From a virus (Duplodnaviria > Caudoviricetes), in IMG/VR virus record IMGVR_UViG_3300044723_007644, positions 1 to 29,818 of that record: DNA of 29,818 nucleotides; one strand, given 5' to 3'. Both the position numbers and the translations under genes were made by a program. A model generated the notes under the pieces. The model saw only the letters and a program-made list of their open reading frames with translations. It ran no database searches and had not been told where the DNA came from. This document shows, in pieces, positions 8,922-18,358 of the stretch (positions within the stretch are counted from its first letter, which is position 1; the number at the start of each line of letters is the position of its first letter).

Positions 8922-10034
8922 ATGGCAGTGAATTTTACAGAACTACTTGAGAACGCAGAGTTAACGGAAGACGTTAAATCAGCTCTTCAAGAAGCATGGG
9001 AAGGTAAAATTTCAGAAGCAAGAGAAGAGCTTACAGCGGAACTTAGAGAAGAGTTTGCACAGCGATATGATCATGACAAAAGTCAGATTGTTGAAGCAGT
9101 AGACAAATTTATTTCTGAAAAAGTTGAAGCAGAAATTTCTCAAATTGCAGAAGAAAAACAATCCCTTGCAAACGACAGAGTAAAATACACGAAAGCAATT
9201 AGTGAACATTCTAAAGTACTTGATAAATTTGTAACTGAAATGGTTGCAAAAGAAGTTAAAGAACTTAGAGCAGATAGAACAAGAACAAGTGAGCATGTAA
9301 CAAAATTAGATAATTTTGTAGCAGAGCAACTTGCTGGTGAACTATCAGAGTTCCACGAAGATAAAAAATCTTTAGTAGAACAAAAAGTCAAAATGGTAAA
9401 AGAAGGCAAGAAGCAATTAGCAGAAGCCAAAATGGACTTTATTAGAAAAGCGGCTGACAAAGTGGAAACAGTTGTCAACAAAACGATTACTAATGAAGTT
9501 AAATCTTTCCGTGATGATATTACTAAGGCACGTGAAAATGACTTTGGTCGTAGGATTTTTGAAGCATTTGCAAATGAATATGGCATGAGCTATCTGAATG
9601 AAGCAAAAGAAATCAAGAAAATACAAAAAGAAATTACTGAAATGGAAACAAGACTTAATGAATCACAGCAAGTAATTGCTGAGAAAGAAGAAGCAACTAA
9701 ATTAGTTGAGTCTAAGTTAAGGATTGCAGAAGACAAAATGAACCGTAAGGATACATTAAACAGTCTAATGGCACCACTAGGTAAAGAGAAGAAAGAATTG
9801 ATGTCAGATTTACTTGAAAGTGTAAAAACAGACAAACTGGAAGAGTCCTTTAATAAGTACTTACCTTCAGTATTGGATGGAGAAGCACCAAGAGTTAAGA
9901 AGACATTATCAGAATCCGTTGTCAGTGAGCACACTGGCGATAAGGCGGCTGTTGTAACAACAGAAGCCGACGAGAAAGCGGATGATATAGTAGAAATTGA
10001 TATGATCCGCAAACTAGCCGGACTTTCAAAATAA
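8922..10034 (+). CDS. gp22: Major prohead scaffolding protein (T4 gp22 family)
   Basis: Long Glu/Lys coiled coil between gp21 and gp23; FGRRIFEAF motif. Confidence 0.88.
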   Translation: MAVNFTELLENAELTEDVKSALQEAWEGKISEAREELTAELREEFAQRYDHDKSQIVEAVDKFISEKVEAEISQIAEEKQSLANDRVKYTKAISEHSKVLDKFVTEMVAKEVKELRADRTRTSEHVTKLDNFVAEQLAGELSEFHEDKKSLVEQKVKMVKEGKKQLAEAKMDFIRKAADKVETVVNKTITNEVKSFRDDITKARENDFGRRIFEAFANEYGMSYLNEAKEIKKIQKEITEMETRLNESQQVIAEKEEATKLVESKLRIAEDKMNRKDTLNSLMAPLGKEKKELMSDLLESVKTDKLEESFNKYLPSVLDGEAPRVKKTLSESVVSEHTGDKAAVVTTEADEKADDIVEIDMIRKLAGLSK

Positions 10035-10049
10035 TTAGGAGTTATTAAA

Positions 10050-11189
10050 ATGGCAAACTTATTTGAAAGCAACTGGTCCGCAACTAAAGACGCTTTATTA
10101 GAAGGTCTTTCTGGAAACAGAAAATCTTCTTTAGATGTTGTCCTCGAAAATACAAAGAGACATTTGTCCGAGGCCGCAACTTCAGGTGCCACAGGTGCAG
10201 GTTCAGTAGCGACATTAAACAAAGTTATGTTACCACTAATTAGAAGGGTTATGCCTTCTGTTATTGCTAACGAACTAGTAGGTGTTCAACCTATGACTGG
10301 TCCAGTAGGGCAAATCCACACACTAAGAGTCAGATATTCTGAAACTGGTGGTGGAGCAACAGCAGGTGACGAGGCTTTAAGTCCTTTCAAACTTGCTAGT
10401 ACTTATGCAGGTTCTCCAGATGCTACGGCAACTGCTGAAGGAAGTGCAGGTAGAAAAATGAGCATTCAGATCTTAAAAGAAACTGTTGAAGCGAAAACCA
10501 GAAGGTTATCAGCAAGATGGACTTTTGAGGCGGCTCAAGATGCAGAAGCAATGCACGGCGTAGACGTCGAAGCAGAAATTATGCAGGCTTTAGCACAAGA
10601 GATCGTAGTTGAAATCGACCAAGAAATTATCGGTTCACTAAGAACTCTAGCAGGTGCTGGAACAACTTTAGACTTCGGTTCACTAAGTGGAACAAGTATT
10701 TACGTTGGTGACAGACATGCGGCTTTGGCTATTGAGATCAACAGAGCGGCTAACAGAATCGCGGCTAGAACAAGACGTGGCGCTGGTAACTACATTGTTG
10801 TTTCTCCAGAAGCACTTACAATTTTACAAAGTGCATCTACATCAACATTTGCAAGAACAACTGAAGGATCTTTTGAAGCACCTACAAATACTAAATTTGT
10901 TGGTACACTAAACGGATCAATCAAAGTATTTGCTGATAACTATGCGGCTGACGGTACTAAAGTACTAGTTGGTTACAAAGGATCAAGCGAAACTGATGCT
11001 CCTGCATTCTATTGTCCTTACATTCCATTAATGAGCACAGGCCCAGTAATGGATCCAAGTACATTTGAACCAGTAGTAAGTTTCATGACCAGATATGGTT
11101 ATAAAGAACTTACAAATACTGCTTCATCTCTTGGTAATGCGGCAGACTACGTTGATGCAGTTACTTTAAGTAACGTTGCATTCCAGTAA
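10050..11189 (+). CDS. gp23: Major capsid protein (T4 gp23 family)
   Basis: LIRRVMPSVIANELVGVQPMTGPVG, EAKTRRLSARWTFEAAQD, FYCPYIPL, TRYG motifs. Confidence 0.98.
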   Translation: MANLFESNWSATKDALLEGLSGNRKSSLDVVLENTKRHLSEAATSGATGAGSVATLNKVMLPLIRRVMPSVIANELVGVQPMTGPVGQIHTLRVRYSETGGGATAGDEALSPFKLASTYAGSPDATATAEGSAGRKMSIQILKETVEAKTRRLSARWTFEAAQDAEAMHGVDVEAEIMQALAQEIVVEIDQEIIGSLRTLAGAGTTLDFGSLSGTSIYVGDRHAALAIEINRAANRIAARTRRGAGNYIVVSPEALTILQSASTSTFARTTEGSFEAPTNTKFVGTLNGSIKVFADNYAADGTKVLVGYKGSSETDAPAFYCPYIPLMSTGPVMDPSTFEPVVSFMTRYGYKELTNTASSLGNAADYVDAVTLSNVAFQ

Positions 11190-11245
11190 GCCGAAAGACT
11201 TACCGGTTTCAAAGTAGACCAGTTACTAGTTCAACTAGAAACATT

Positions 11246-11275
11246 AAAAGAGGACTTTTAAAGTCCTCTTTTTTT
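11246..11275 (+). terminator. Rho-independent terminator after capsid gene
   Basis: aaaagaggacttt-t-aaagtcctctttt followed by a T-run. Confidence 0.85.
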
Positions 11276-11302
11276 GAGCAAAAAATCTAAACTAGCAAAA
11301 GT

Positions 11303-11310
11303 GATAAATA
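11303..11310 (+). promoter_or_regulatory. Late-promoter-like motif GATAAATA
   Basis: Exact motif between terminator and ATG 11339. Confidence 0.65.
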
Positions 11311-11338
11311 GTCTTATATATTAAAGGGATTATAATAA

Positions 11339-14300
11339 ATGGCAACGAACAATACCTATATAAATGCACAAGATGACTTTACAGTCAAGGGAAACCTTAC
11401 AGTTGAAGGTAATGTTACTCAGGTCACTACAACTATTAATGAAAACAGAGTTGCGGCAGAAGAATTTATTATAAATTCCGATGGTACAAATACCACTGCA
11501 AAATTAACTTTAAACAGTAACAACACTCTAGCAAACATCAGTTTCGTTACAGGCGGCAACATGGTTGTTGAACCTAACTTACAAGGTAACATTATTATAG
11601 GTGCAGGGCAAACACTAACAGTAGATAGTGGAGCCAGCATTTCAGGAAATGTATTTACTGGTAATTTACAAGGAGAGGCCGCAAACGCAATCACATTAAG
11701 TGATTTTGTAACTGTAGTATTAGACGGTGATGCTACAGGACAAGCACAATTTAGAGGTGCAGGAAATACTGCTACGATACCGTTAGTGTTAGATTCAGTA
11801 AATGCTAATACAGGAAGTTTTGGTAATGCCGCAACAATTCCAAACTTTACAGTAAATGCAAAAGGCTTGATAACAGCCGCAGGTGAAACAGCCGCAAACA
11901 TTACAGCATCACAAGTTTCAGATTTTACAACTTCAGCAAGAGCCGTAAATTCAGGAAGTTTAGGTGTTGAGTATAATGCAAGTACAGGAGTTATATCATT
12001 AAGCCAATACAGTAATGCAGGACAATTTGGTAATGCAACAGCAGTACCGCAAATAGATGTGGACTCTGGTGGTAGACTGTCATCAGTCACGGCTTTTGAT
12101 ATAGCAATACCTAGTACACAGGTTACAGATTTTGAAACAGCCGGCAGAGCATTAATATCTGATAATAGCAGTTCAGCAACAGGTGACGGTTCATTAACGT
12201 ATAGTTCCGCAACTGGTGTAATTACTTACACAGGTCCTAGTGCCGCAGAAGTAAGAGCTCACTTTACAGGCGGAACAGGCATCACATACGACAATAGTAG
12301 TGGTGCAATCAGTATTGATAGCACAGTAGTAACTAAAGCAGATGCTCAAACAATTAATGGCGATAAAACATTTACTGGTACAGTAGATTTAACAGGTGCA
12401 ACTATACCTGGCACAGTTACATTTGCTGGAAATATTATAGCAACAAATATAGATACAGTTACTCAAACAGACTCTATTGTAACAGATAACAATATTTTCC
12501 TTAACAAAGGTGGTGTTGACCAAGATGCAAAAATACAAGTAGAGCATACAACTGCAAACGTATATCTAAAGTGGGACGAAGGAACTGATAGATGGCAGTT
12601 TAGCAATGACGGTAGTTCAGATAATAATATGCTGTTACTATCTGATTTTAGTGGTGGCACAGGTATTACATATAGTGGCGGCGCATTTAGTATTACTAAC
12701 ACAGCCGTAAGTGCAGGTACTTATGGCACAAGTAACGATGTAGCACAAATTACAATAAATGCTCAAGGTCAAATTACAGGCGCAAGTGATGTAGCAATTG
12801 ATCATGATGCCTTAGCAAATTTTGTAGCAAACGAACATATAGATCACAGCGGTGTTACACTAACAGCAGGTGATGGTTTATCAGGTGGTGGTGATATTAC
12901 AGCAAATAGAACGTTTGCATTAGATTTAAATGAACTTACATCTGCAAATGTTGATGTAAGTGCAGATAGTATTGCAATTATTGATGCAAATGATAGTAAT
13001 GCAAGTAGAAAAGAAAGTATTGCAGACTTTGTAAGTGCAATGGCAGGTGCTGGTCTGTCCGCAACAAACGGTGTACTTTCACAATCAGGATTTACAGGAA
13101 CGATTGAAACTGCTGATGTTGGTGCAACAGGTCAAGATATTTTGCAAGGGAGTGAAACTCTTGGTAATGGAACAATTAGATACTATATTAGAAGTATAGA
13201 CGGTGGAACATATACAACCTCTAGTGAATCCGGAAATGTAATCACAATAGACGGAAACATCAGTGCAATTAGAACAGGATTTAGTGGTAGTAGTGGTGTA
13301 AATTATGATCCTTCCACAGGTGCCATTACAGCCGATCAATCAGAAATTAGAGGATTGTTTAGTCCAAGTGGTTCAACACTCAGTTACGATAGTGGTACTG
13401 GTATATTTACAAGTTCAGCAGACAATTACAGCAGTTGGAGTTTCGATACATCATCAGGTAGTGCAGAAACTGTAACAAGTGGCGAAACAGTTATATTTAA
13501 CGCCGGCACAGGCATAGATATTTCTCATAGTAATAATACAATCACTATAGCACAAAACTCTCCAGTGGGAGATATAACTTCCGTTGTAGCAGGATCTGGT
13601 TTAATAGGTGGTGGTACAAGTGATGACGTAACTCTCAATGCAGTAGGCGGATATGGTATAACTGTAAATGCAGACGATATAGAAGTTGCGAATGCAGACA
13701 TCAGAGGATTAATAAGTGCAACTGGTGATATTTCATATGACAGTAGTACAGGTGTAATTAGTTTTACAAATGACGCAGGTGATATTGAAAGTGTAACAGC
13801 AGGAACAAATTTAACAGGTGGCGGAACATCAGGCGCAGTAACACTTGATTTAGATACGGGCAATGATATAGACATGCTTGGTAATAAAGTATTATTTGGT
13901 AATATGTATTCCACAGAAGGCGACCTACCAAGTGCATCTACATATCACGGAATGTTTGCCCATGTACACGGTACAGGAAAGGGTTACTTTGCACATGGTG
14001 GTAATTGGATAAAATTAATAGACGAAACAAGCTCATCAACAACTAATTTAAGTGAAGGTACAAATTTATATTATACAGATGCTAGAGCCAGAGCGTCAAT
14101 AAGTGTAAGTGGAGATTTATCATACAATAGTAGTACAGGTGTAATTAGTTTTACAAATGACGCAGGTGATATTGAAAGTGTTGTAGCAGGCGCAGGTTTA
14201 ACAGGTGGTGCTACCAGTGGAGTGGCAACATTAGATATTGGTGCTGGAACAGGTATTACTGTAAATGCAGATGACATTGCAGTTAATATGTCTGCATTCG

Positions 14301-15322
14301 ATACAGGTGATTTATCAGAAGGTTCAAACTTATACTTCACGAATGCAAGAGCAGATGCAAGAATTACAGCGGCATTAATTGACGAAGACAATATGTCAAG
14401 TAATAGTGCTACTAGATTACCTTCACAGCAATCAGTTAAGGCATACGTAGATTCACAAGTAGCAAGTAAAGATGCATTAAGTGAACTAAGTGGTGATACA
14501 GATGATGTTTCAGAAGGCTCAACAAATTTATATCATACTACGGCAAGAGCCAGAGCGGCGATTAGTGTCACAGACAATGGCGGAGATGGTAGTTTAACAT
14601 ATAATTCAGGCACAGGTGTAATTACATATACTGGACCAAGTGCATCAGAAGTTAGAGCACATATCAGTGCCATAGACAATGGCGGAGATGGTAGTTTAAC
14701 ATATAATTCAGGTACAGGTGTAATTACATATACTGGACCAAGTGCATCAGAAGTAAACAGTAGAATAGCAAGTTACTTGTCAGGTGGTAGTGGTATCTCA
14801 TTAAGTAGTGGAGTAATCTCAGTAAATTCCTTAGACACAACTAAATTTACAAGTACTAATACAGCAAGTAGAGTTGTAGTCAGAGATTCAGATGGAAGTT
14901 TTGCGGCTAATATAGTTACAGCAACGGCTACAAAGGCTCAATATGCTGACTTGGCTGAGAATTATGTAGCAGATGCAGATTACGAACCAGGAACAGTTTT
15001 AATACTTGGTGGAGAACATGAAGTAACTGTGACAGACGAAGCAGGAAGTTACAAAGCAGTTGGTGTAGTTAGTACAGATCCAGCACACTTAATGAATTCA
15101 ACATGTGAAGGTGAGCATGTAGTAGCAGTAGCATTACGTGGTCGAGTGCCATGTAAGGTAATTGGTAACATAAACAAAGGTGATGTACTTGTTGCAAGTG
15201 ATACTCCAGGGTATGCAATGGTAGGTTCTATGCCACACACATTAAGCCCGTTACAAATAGTTGGAAGATCATTAGAAGCAAAAACTGATGCACAACCAGG
15301 TGTTATAGAAATCTTAGTTTAA
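11339..15322 (+). CDS. Long repetitive fibre/virion structural protein with C-terminal peptidase-G2-like chaperone domain
   Basis: 1327 aa, Gly/Thr/Ser-rich beta repeats (YNSSTGVI, DLSEGSTNLY); C-terminal AQYADLAENY...GVVSTDPA...ALRGRVPCKV...KGD.LV. Confidence 0.8.
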   Translation: MATNNTYINAQDDFTVKGNLTVEGNVTQVTTTINENRVAAEEFIINSDGTNTTAKLTLNSNNTLANISFVTGGNMVVEPNLQGNIIIGAGQTLTVDSGASISGNVFTGNLQGEAANAITLSDFVTVVLDGDATGQAQFRGAGNTATIPLVLDSVNANTGSFGNAATIPNFTVNAKGLITAAGETAANITASQVSDFTTSARAVNSGSLGVEYNASTGVISLSQYSNAGQFGNATAVPQIDVDSGGRLSSVTAFDIAIPSTQVTDFETAGRALISDNSSSATGDGSLTYSSATGVITYTGPSAAEVRAHFTGGTGITYDNSSGAISIDSTVVTKADAQTINGDKTFTGTVDLTGATIPGTVTFAGNIIATNIDTVTQTDSIVTDNNIFLNKGGVDQDAKIQVEHTTANVYLKWDEGTDRWQFSNDGSSDNNMLLLSDFSGGTGITYSGGAFSITNTAVSAGTYGTSNDVAQITINAQGQITGASDVAIDHDALANFVANEHIDHSGVTLTAGDGLSGGGDITANRTFALDLNELTSANVDVSADSIAIIDANDSNASRKESIADFVSAMAGAGLSATNGVLSQSGFTGTIETADVGATGQDILQGSETLGNGTIRYYIRSIDGGTYTTSSESGNVITIDGNISAIRTGFSGSSGVNYDPSTGAITADQSEIRGLFSPSGSTLSYDSGTGIFTSSADNYSSWSFDTSSGSAETVTSGETVIFNAGTGIDISHSNNTITIAQNSPVGDITSVVAGSGLIGGGTSDDVTLNAVGGYGITVNADDIEVANADIRGLISATGDISYDSSTGVISFTNDAGDIESVTAGTNLTGGGTSGAVTLDLDTGNDIDMLGNKVLFGNMYSTEGDLPSASTYHGMFAHVHGTGKGYFAHGGNWIKLIDETSSSTTNLSEGTNLYYTDARARASISVSGDLSYNSSTGVISFTNDAGDIESVVAGAGLTGGATSGVATLDIGAGTGITVNADDIAVNMSAFDTGDLSEGSNLYFTNARADARITAALIDEDNMSSNSATRLPSQQSVKAYVDSQVASKDALSELSGDTDDVSEGSTNLYHTTARARAAISVTDNGGDGSLTYNSGTGVITYTGPSASEVRAHISAIDNGGDGSLTYNSGTGVITYTGPSASEVNSRIASYLSGGSGISLSSGVISVNSLDTTKFTSTNTASRVVVRDSDGSFAANIVTATATKAQYADLAENYVADADYEPGTVLILGGEHEVTVTDEAGSYKAVGVVSTDPAHLMNSTCEGEHVVAVALRGRVPCKVIGNINKGDVLVASDTPGYAMVGSMPHTLSPLQIVGRSLEAKTDAQPGVIEILV
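13742..14181 (+). repeat. 53-nt exact direct repeat (13742-13794 and 14129-14181)
   Basis: agtagtacaggtgtaattagttttacaaatgacgcaggtgatattgaaagtgt occurs twice, in frame. Confidence 0.85.
14572..14754 (+). repeat. 81-nt near-identical tandem repeat, period 102 nt
   Basis: agacaatggcggagatggtagttt...tgcatcagaagt at 14572 and 14674, one synonymous mismatch; encodes DNGGDGSLTYNSGTGVITYTGPSASEV. Confidence 0.85.
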
Positions 15323-15348
15323 AAACTGATGTTTGCATCGTAAACATC

Positions 15349-15356
15349 GATAAATA
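15349..15356 (+). promoter_or_regulatory. Late-promoter-like motif GATAAATA, 5 nt before ATG
   Basis: gataaata-atatt-ATG with no SD; preceded by hairpin gatgtttgc-atc-gtaaacatc (15328-15348). Confidence 0.6.
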
Positions 15357-15361
15357 ATATT

Positions 15362-16438
15362 ATGAAAATTATTAAAGGCCAAACTCCTACGGAAGTTGTT
15401 CTGCATGAGGACGAATATCCAGCAGGACTTGAACCCACAGACATTGTAGAAATATTTCAAACTCCACTAACAGGTGCATATAATTGGGATTATACTGTAC
15501 AAGACAATCGTGTTAAAAAACTATACGAATTAGGCAAACAGTTAAACTGGAATGCAGAAGTGGATGTTGACTGGACACCAGAGTTTCCAGATATCGATAC
15601 AGAAGCATTTGAGTTTGAAAACAATCAATGGAGCAATCATCCTGTATACGCAGAATGGGATAAAGAAAAGAAACTAGAATTTATCAGAGACTTAAATGCA
15701 TGGAGTATCAGCCAATTCTTACATGGAGAACAAGGTGCTTTATTAGTAGCAAGTCAGTTGGCCAGTTGTGCTCCTACATTTAATGCCAAACTATACGCGG
15801 CTTCACAGACATTCGATGAAGCAAGACATGTAGAAGCATTTAACAAATACCTGCAAACAAGACTTAAACGAACATGGCCTATAGGCACAGCACTGAAAGG
15901 ACTACTAGACAAAATACTAACTGACCCACGATGGGATTTAAAGTTTATTGGTATGCAAATTGTTATAGAAGGACTAGCACTTGCGGCCTTTCAGGCTAGT
16001 AAAGATGCCAGTAACGATCCTGTATACAAAGAAATGGTAGGATATATTATCAGAGATGAAGCAAGGCATGTTACCTTTGGTGTAAACTATTTAGAAGAAT
16101 ATGTAAAAACACTCACAGAAGAAGAACGTCAGGACAGAGCACAATTTGCCTTAGAGGCCTGTACTGTAAGCAGAAACAGATTAAGAGCATATGATGTTTG
16201 GGAAAAATATGGTATGGATTTAGAACAAACAGAAGCATATCAGAAAGAATTTATATTTCAAACACAATTTCAAGACGTATTATTCAGTCGAATAATGCCC
16301 AACCTAAAAAGAATAGGACTACTAACGGACGAACTTATACCTGAATATGATAAATTGGGTGTAATGGGTTATGCAGATGGTGACTCAGATTTCGAAACCA
16401 GTTGGGAAGAACTAAGTAAACCACTTAAAACAGTATAA
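15362..16438 (+). CDS. Ferritin-like diiron protein (AurF/N-oxygenase-like superfamily)
   Basis: Paired diiron ligand sets: FLHGEQGAL...DEARHVEAF and IEGLAL...DEARHVTFG. Confidence 0.8.
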   Translation: MKIIKGQTPTEVVLHEDEYPAGLEPTDIVEIFQTPLTGAYNWDYTVQDNRVKKLYELGKQLNWNAEVDVDWTPEFPDIDTEAFEFENNQWSNHPVYAEWDKEKKLEFIRDLNAWSISQFLHGEQGALLVASQLASCAPTFNAKLYAASQTFDEARHVEAFNKYLQTRLKRTWPIGTALKGLLDKILTDPRWDLKFIGMQIVIEGLALAAFQASKDASNDPVYKEMVGYIIRDEARHVTFGVNYLEEYVKTLTEEERQDRAQFALEACTVSRNRLRAYDVWEKYGMDLEQTEAYQKEFIFQTQFQDVLFSRIMPNLKRIGLLTDELIPEYDKLGVMGYADGDSDFETSWEELSKPLKTV

Positions 16439-16441
16439 AAA

Positions 16442-16449
16442 GATAAATA
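16442..16449 (+). promoter_or_regulatory. Late-promoter-like motif GATAAATA
   Basis: Exact motif 3 nt after the diiron gene stop, followed by a 117-nt leader. Confidence 0.6.
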
Positions 16450-16454
16450 TAAGT

Positions 16455-16560
16455 AGACGGAGAAGACTGTGTCGACACTCATGAATTGGTCATGGGGACA
16501 CAGACTAGGGTTCGTAAGGCATGGTGTCCTTATCACAACTCCTAGAACTGACCTGGATAA
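16455..16560 (+). ncRNA. Candidate structured leader / small RNA
   Basis: GC-richer than other gaps; nested helices ctgtgtc/gacacag, catga/tcatg, ctagggtt/aactcctag, taagg/cctta. Confidence 0.35.
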
Positions 16561-16566
16561 TAAAGT

Positions 16567-18339
16567 ATGGCAATTTTTGGAAATTTTAAAGGCACAACTC
16601 AATCTGAATTTCAGATAGGAAAGACTGATAGTGGCACAAAAATATCTACAGGCACCCAGCCTAGTAGCGATATCTCCAATGGTGATATATACATAGATAG
16701 TTCTAATTCGACTTTGCAAGTGTATAACAATGCATGGGTAAGTGTAGGAAGTACTTTAAAAGACTTGAACGTTGATTCTGGCACATTATTTGTAGACAGT
16801 AGCAACGACACAGTCTCCGTCGGCTCAACTGCTTCTAATGATAAACTGTTTGTAAATGGTAGTTTAAGATTAGGAACAAACCCAACATTAAAATTTAGTG
16901 GAGCATATTTAGATGTGGCCCACAGTAACGGAACTGCTACCCAATTAAGAGTAAGAGATAACGGTTCCGGTTCAGACCCCATATTTAAAATTTACGATGC
17001 AAATAATACATCAGAAGTATTTAAAGTACAAGGCAGAACAGTAACATTTACAGATCAAGAGTTTACAAATTCAAACATAATGAAGTTCAACCAGATGTAT
17101 ACTGGTGCTTCAACTGGTAGTTACTTTACTAACGGTGAATACCAAAAAGTTGTAACAATTATCCCAGATGGAACAAGTCAAAATTATCAAGTAGTAGGAC
17201 GTATTACGGCTCAAAATGCTGGTGAAACTCACACAGTTTATTTTAATACAGCATTGAGAAGTGGTGAAACACTTCCTGATTTAAGTTGGTCTACCAGTTA
17301 CGAAGAAGAATACAATGGTAGTAGATACATAGATCCACAACTGTGGACCAAAGAAACAACCACAGCAGGATTTATTTTTGCATTTAAAACATTAGGAACA
17401 ATTTACGGAACTGTTACAGTTGACATGGAAGTTATTCCAAGAAATAGTTCACAAAAAGATAATGTTACTGTGAATGCAGTTCAAAACAGTGAACAAAGTG
17501 CAGTTGAGACAGGTTACACTATTAACGATATGGTTAAGGGTGGATTAAGTAAAGTTTCTAACAACATTATTATTAATGGTGAAGTAAGCAGTCATATTAT
17601 ACCAAGTGCTAATGTAACATACGATTTAGGTACTGATACAGCAAGATGGAGAGACTTATACCTAAGTGGTAGCACCATTAAATTAGGCACCACAGCAATC
17701 AGTGTTACCTCAGATAACGAAATAGACTTTTCAGATAGTGCTAACACCAGTATAAAAAGAAAACTTGTTGTTGATGAAATAGAAATAGGTTCCGGTGACG
17801 ACAAAGTTATTTTAAGAAAAGGTTCAGACGGTAAATTAAAATCTGTTAGTAAAAATAGAAGTACGAAAGAAGAAACTTCTAACAAAGTTGATCTAGATGA
17901 TAATGATACAGATGATTTAAGCGAAGGCTCAACAAACAAATATTATACAACTGAGAGAGCAAATACAGCCATTGATGCCAAACTGGCAGGAGATTTAACA
18001 TTTGGAAATGCTACGGTTAGTGGCACAACTTCAAGTGGTGTTGTTGAGGGAGTAGTTTTCCAACCTATCACCGATTATGGGCTTATCACTGCTAACACCA
18101 CAATTAGTATTGACTATGGAAGTGTAAGAGAATCTGGAACAGTACCTGCTATAGGAGACTTTGAATATGTTTCAGATATATTTGGACCAACAGGAGATAG
18201 TTTTGTGGTTGCTTCATTACCAAGTGCGGCACAACCAGGACAAATGATTTATGTCAGTGATGAAACAGGCGGCTCAGTCATGGCATTTAGCGATGGCAGT
18301 AACTGGCGTAGGATCACAGATAGAGCGGTAGTTAGTTAA
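16567..18339 (+). CDS. Virion structural / fibre-associated protein
   Basis: Beta-rich; HIIPSANVTYDLG...RWRDLYLSG and DTDDLSEGSTNKYYT modules shared with neighbouring fibre genes. Confidence 0.65.
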   Translation: MAIFGNFKGTTQSEFQIGKTDSGTKISTGTQPSSDISNGDIYIDSSNSTLQVYNNAWVSVGSTLKDLNVDSGTLFVDSSNDTVSVGSTASNDKLFVNGSLRLGTNPTLKFSGAYLDVAHSNGTATQLRVRDNGSGSDPIFKIYDANNTSEVFKVQGRTVTFTDQEFTNSNIMKFNQMYTGASTGSYFTNGEYQKVVTIIPDGTSQNYQVVGRITAQNAGETHTVYFNTALRSGETLPDLSWSTSYEEEYNGSRYIDPQLWTKETTTAGFIFAFKTLGTIYGTVTVDMEVIPRNSSQKDNVTVNAVQNSEQSAVETGYTINDMVKGGLSKVSNNIIINGEVSSHIIPSANVTYDLGTDTARWRDLYLSGSTIKLGTTAISVTSDNEIDFSDSANTSIKRKLVVDEIEIGSGDDKVILRKGSDGKLKSVSKNRSTKEETSNKVDLDDNDTDDLSEGSTNKYYTTERANTAIDAKLAGDLTFGNATVSGTTSSGVVEGVVFQPITDYGLITANTTISIDYGSVRESGTVPAIGDFEYVSDIFGPTGDSFVVASLPSAAQPGQMIYVSDETGGSVMAFSDGSNWRRITDRAVVS

Positions 18340-18358
18340 AAATAAAACAGGAACACAC

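Noticed and set aside
7610-14754. Direct repeats as a CRISPR array
   Set aside because: All are in-frame coding repeats without unique equal-length spacers; no cas genes.
15362-16438. Diiron protein as ribonucleotide reductase beta (nrdB) or ferritin/Dps
   Set aside because: Lacks recognisable NrdB motifs, no nrdA nearby, and too long for ferritin/Dps; the twin DEARH pattern fits AurF-like proteins better.
16450-16566. tRNA or hammerhead ribozyme in the structured gap
   Set aside because: No cloverleaf with T-loop and CCA, and no CUGANGA/GAAA core; kept only as an unassigned structured candidate.
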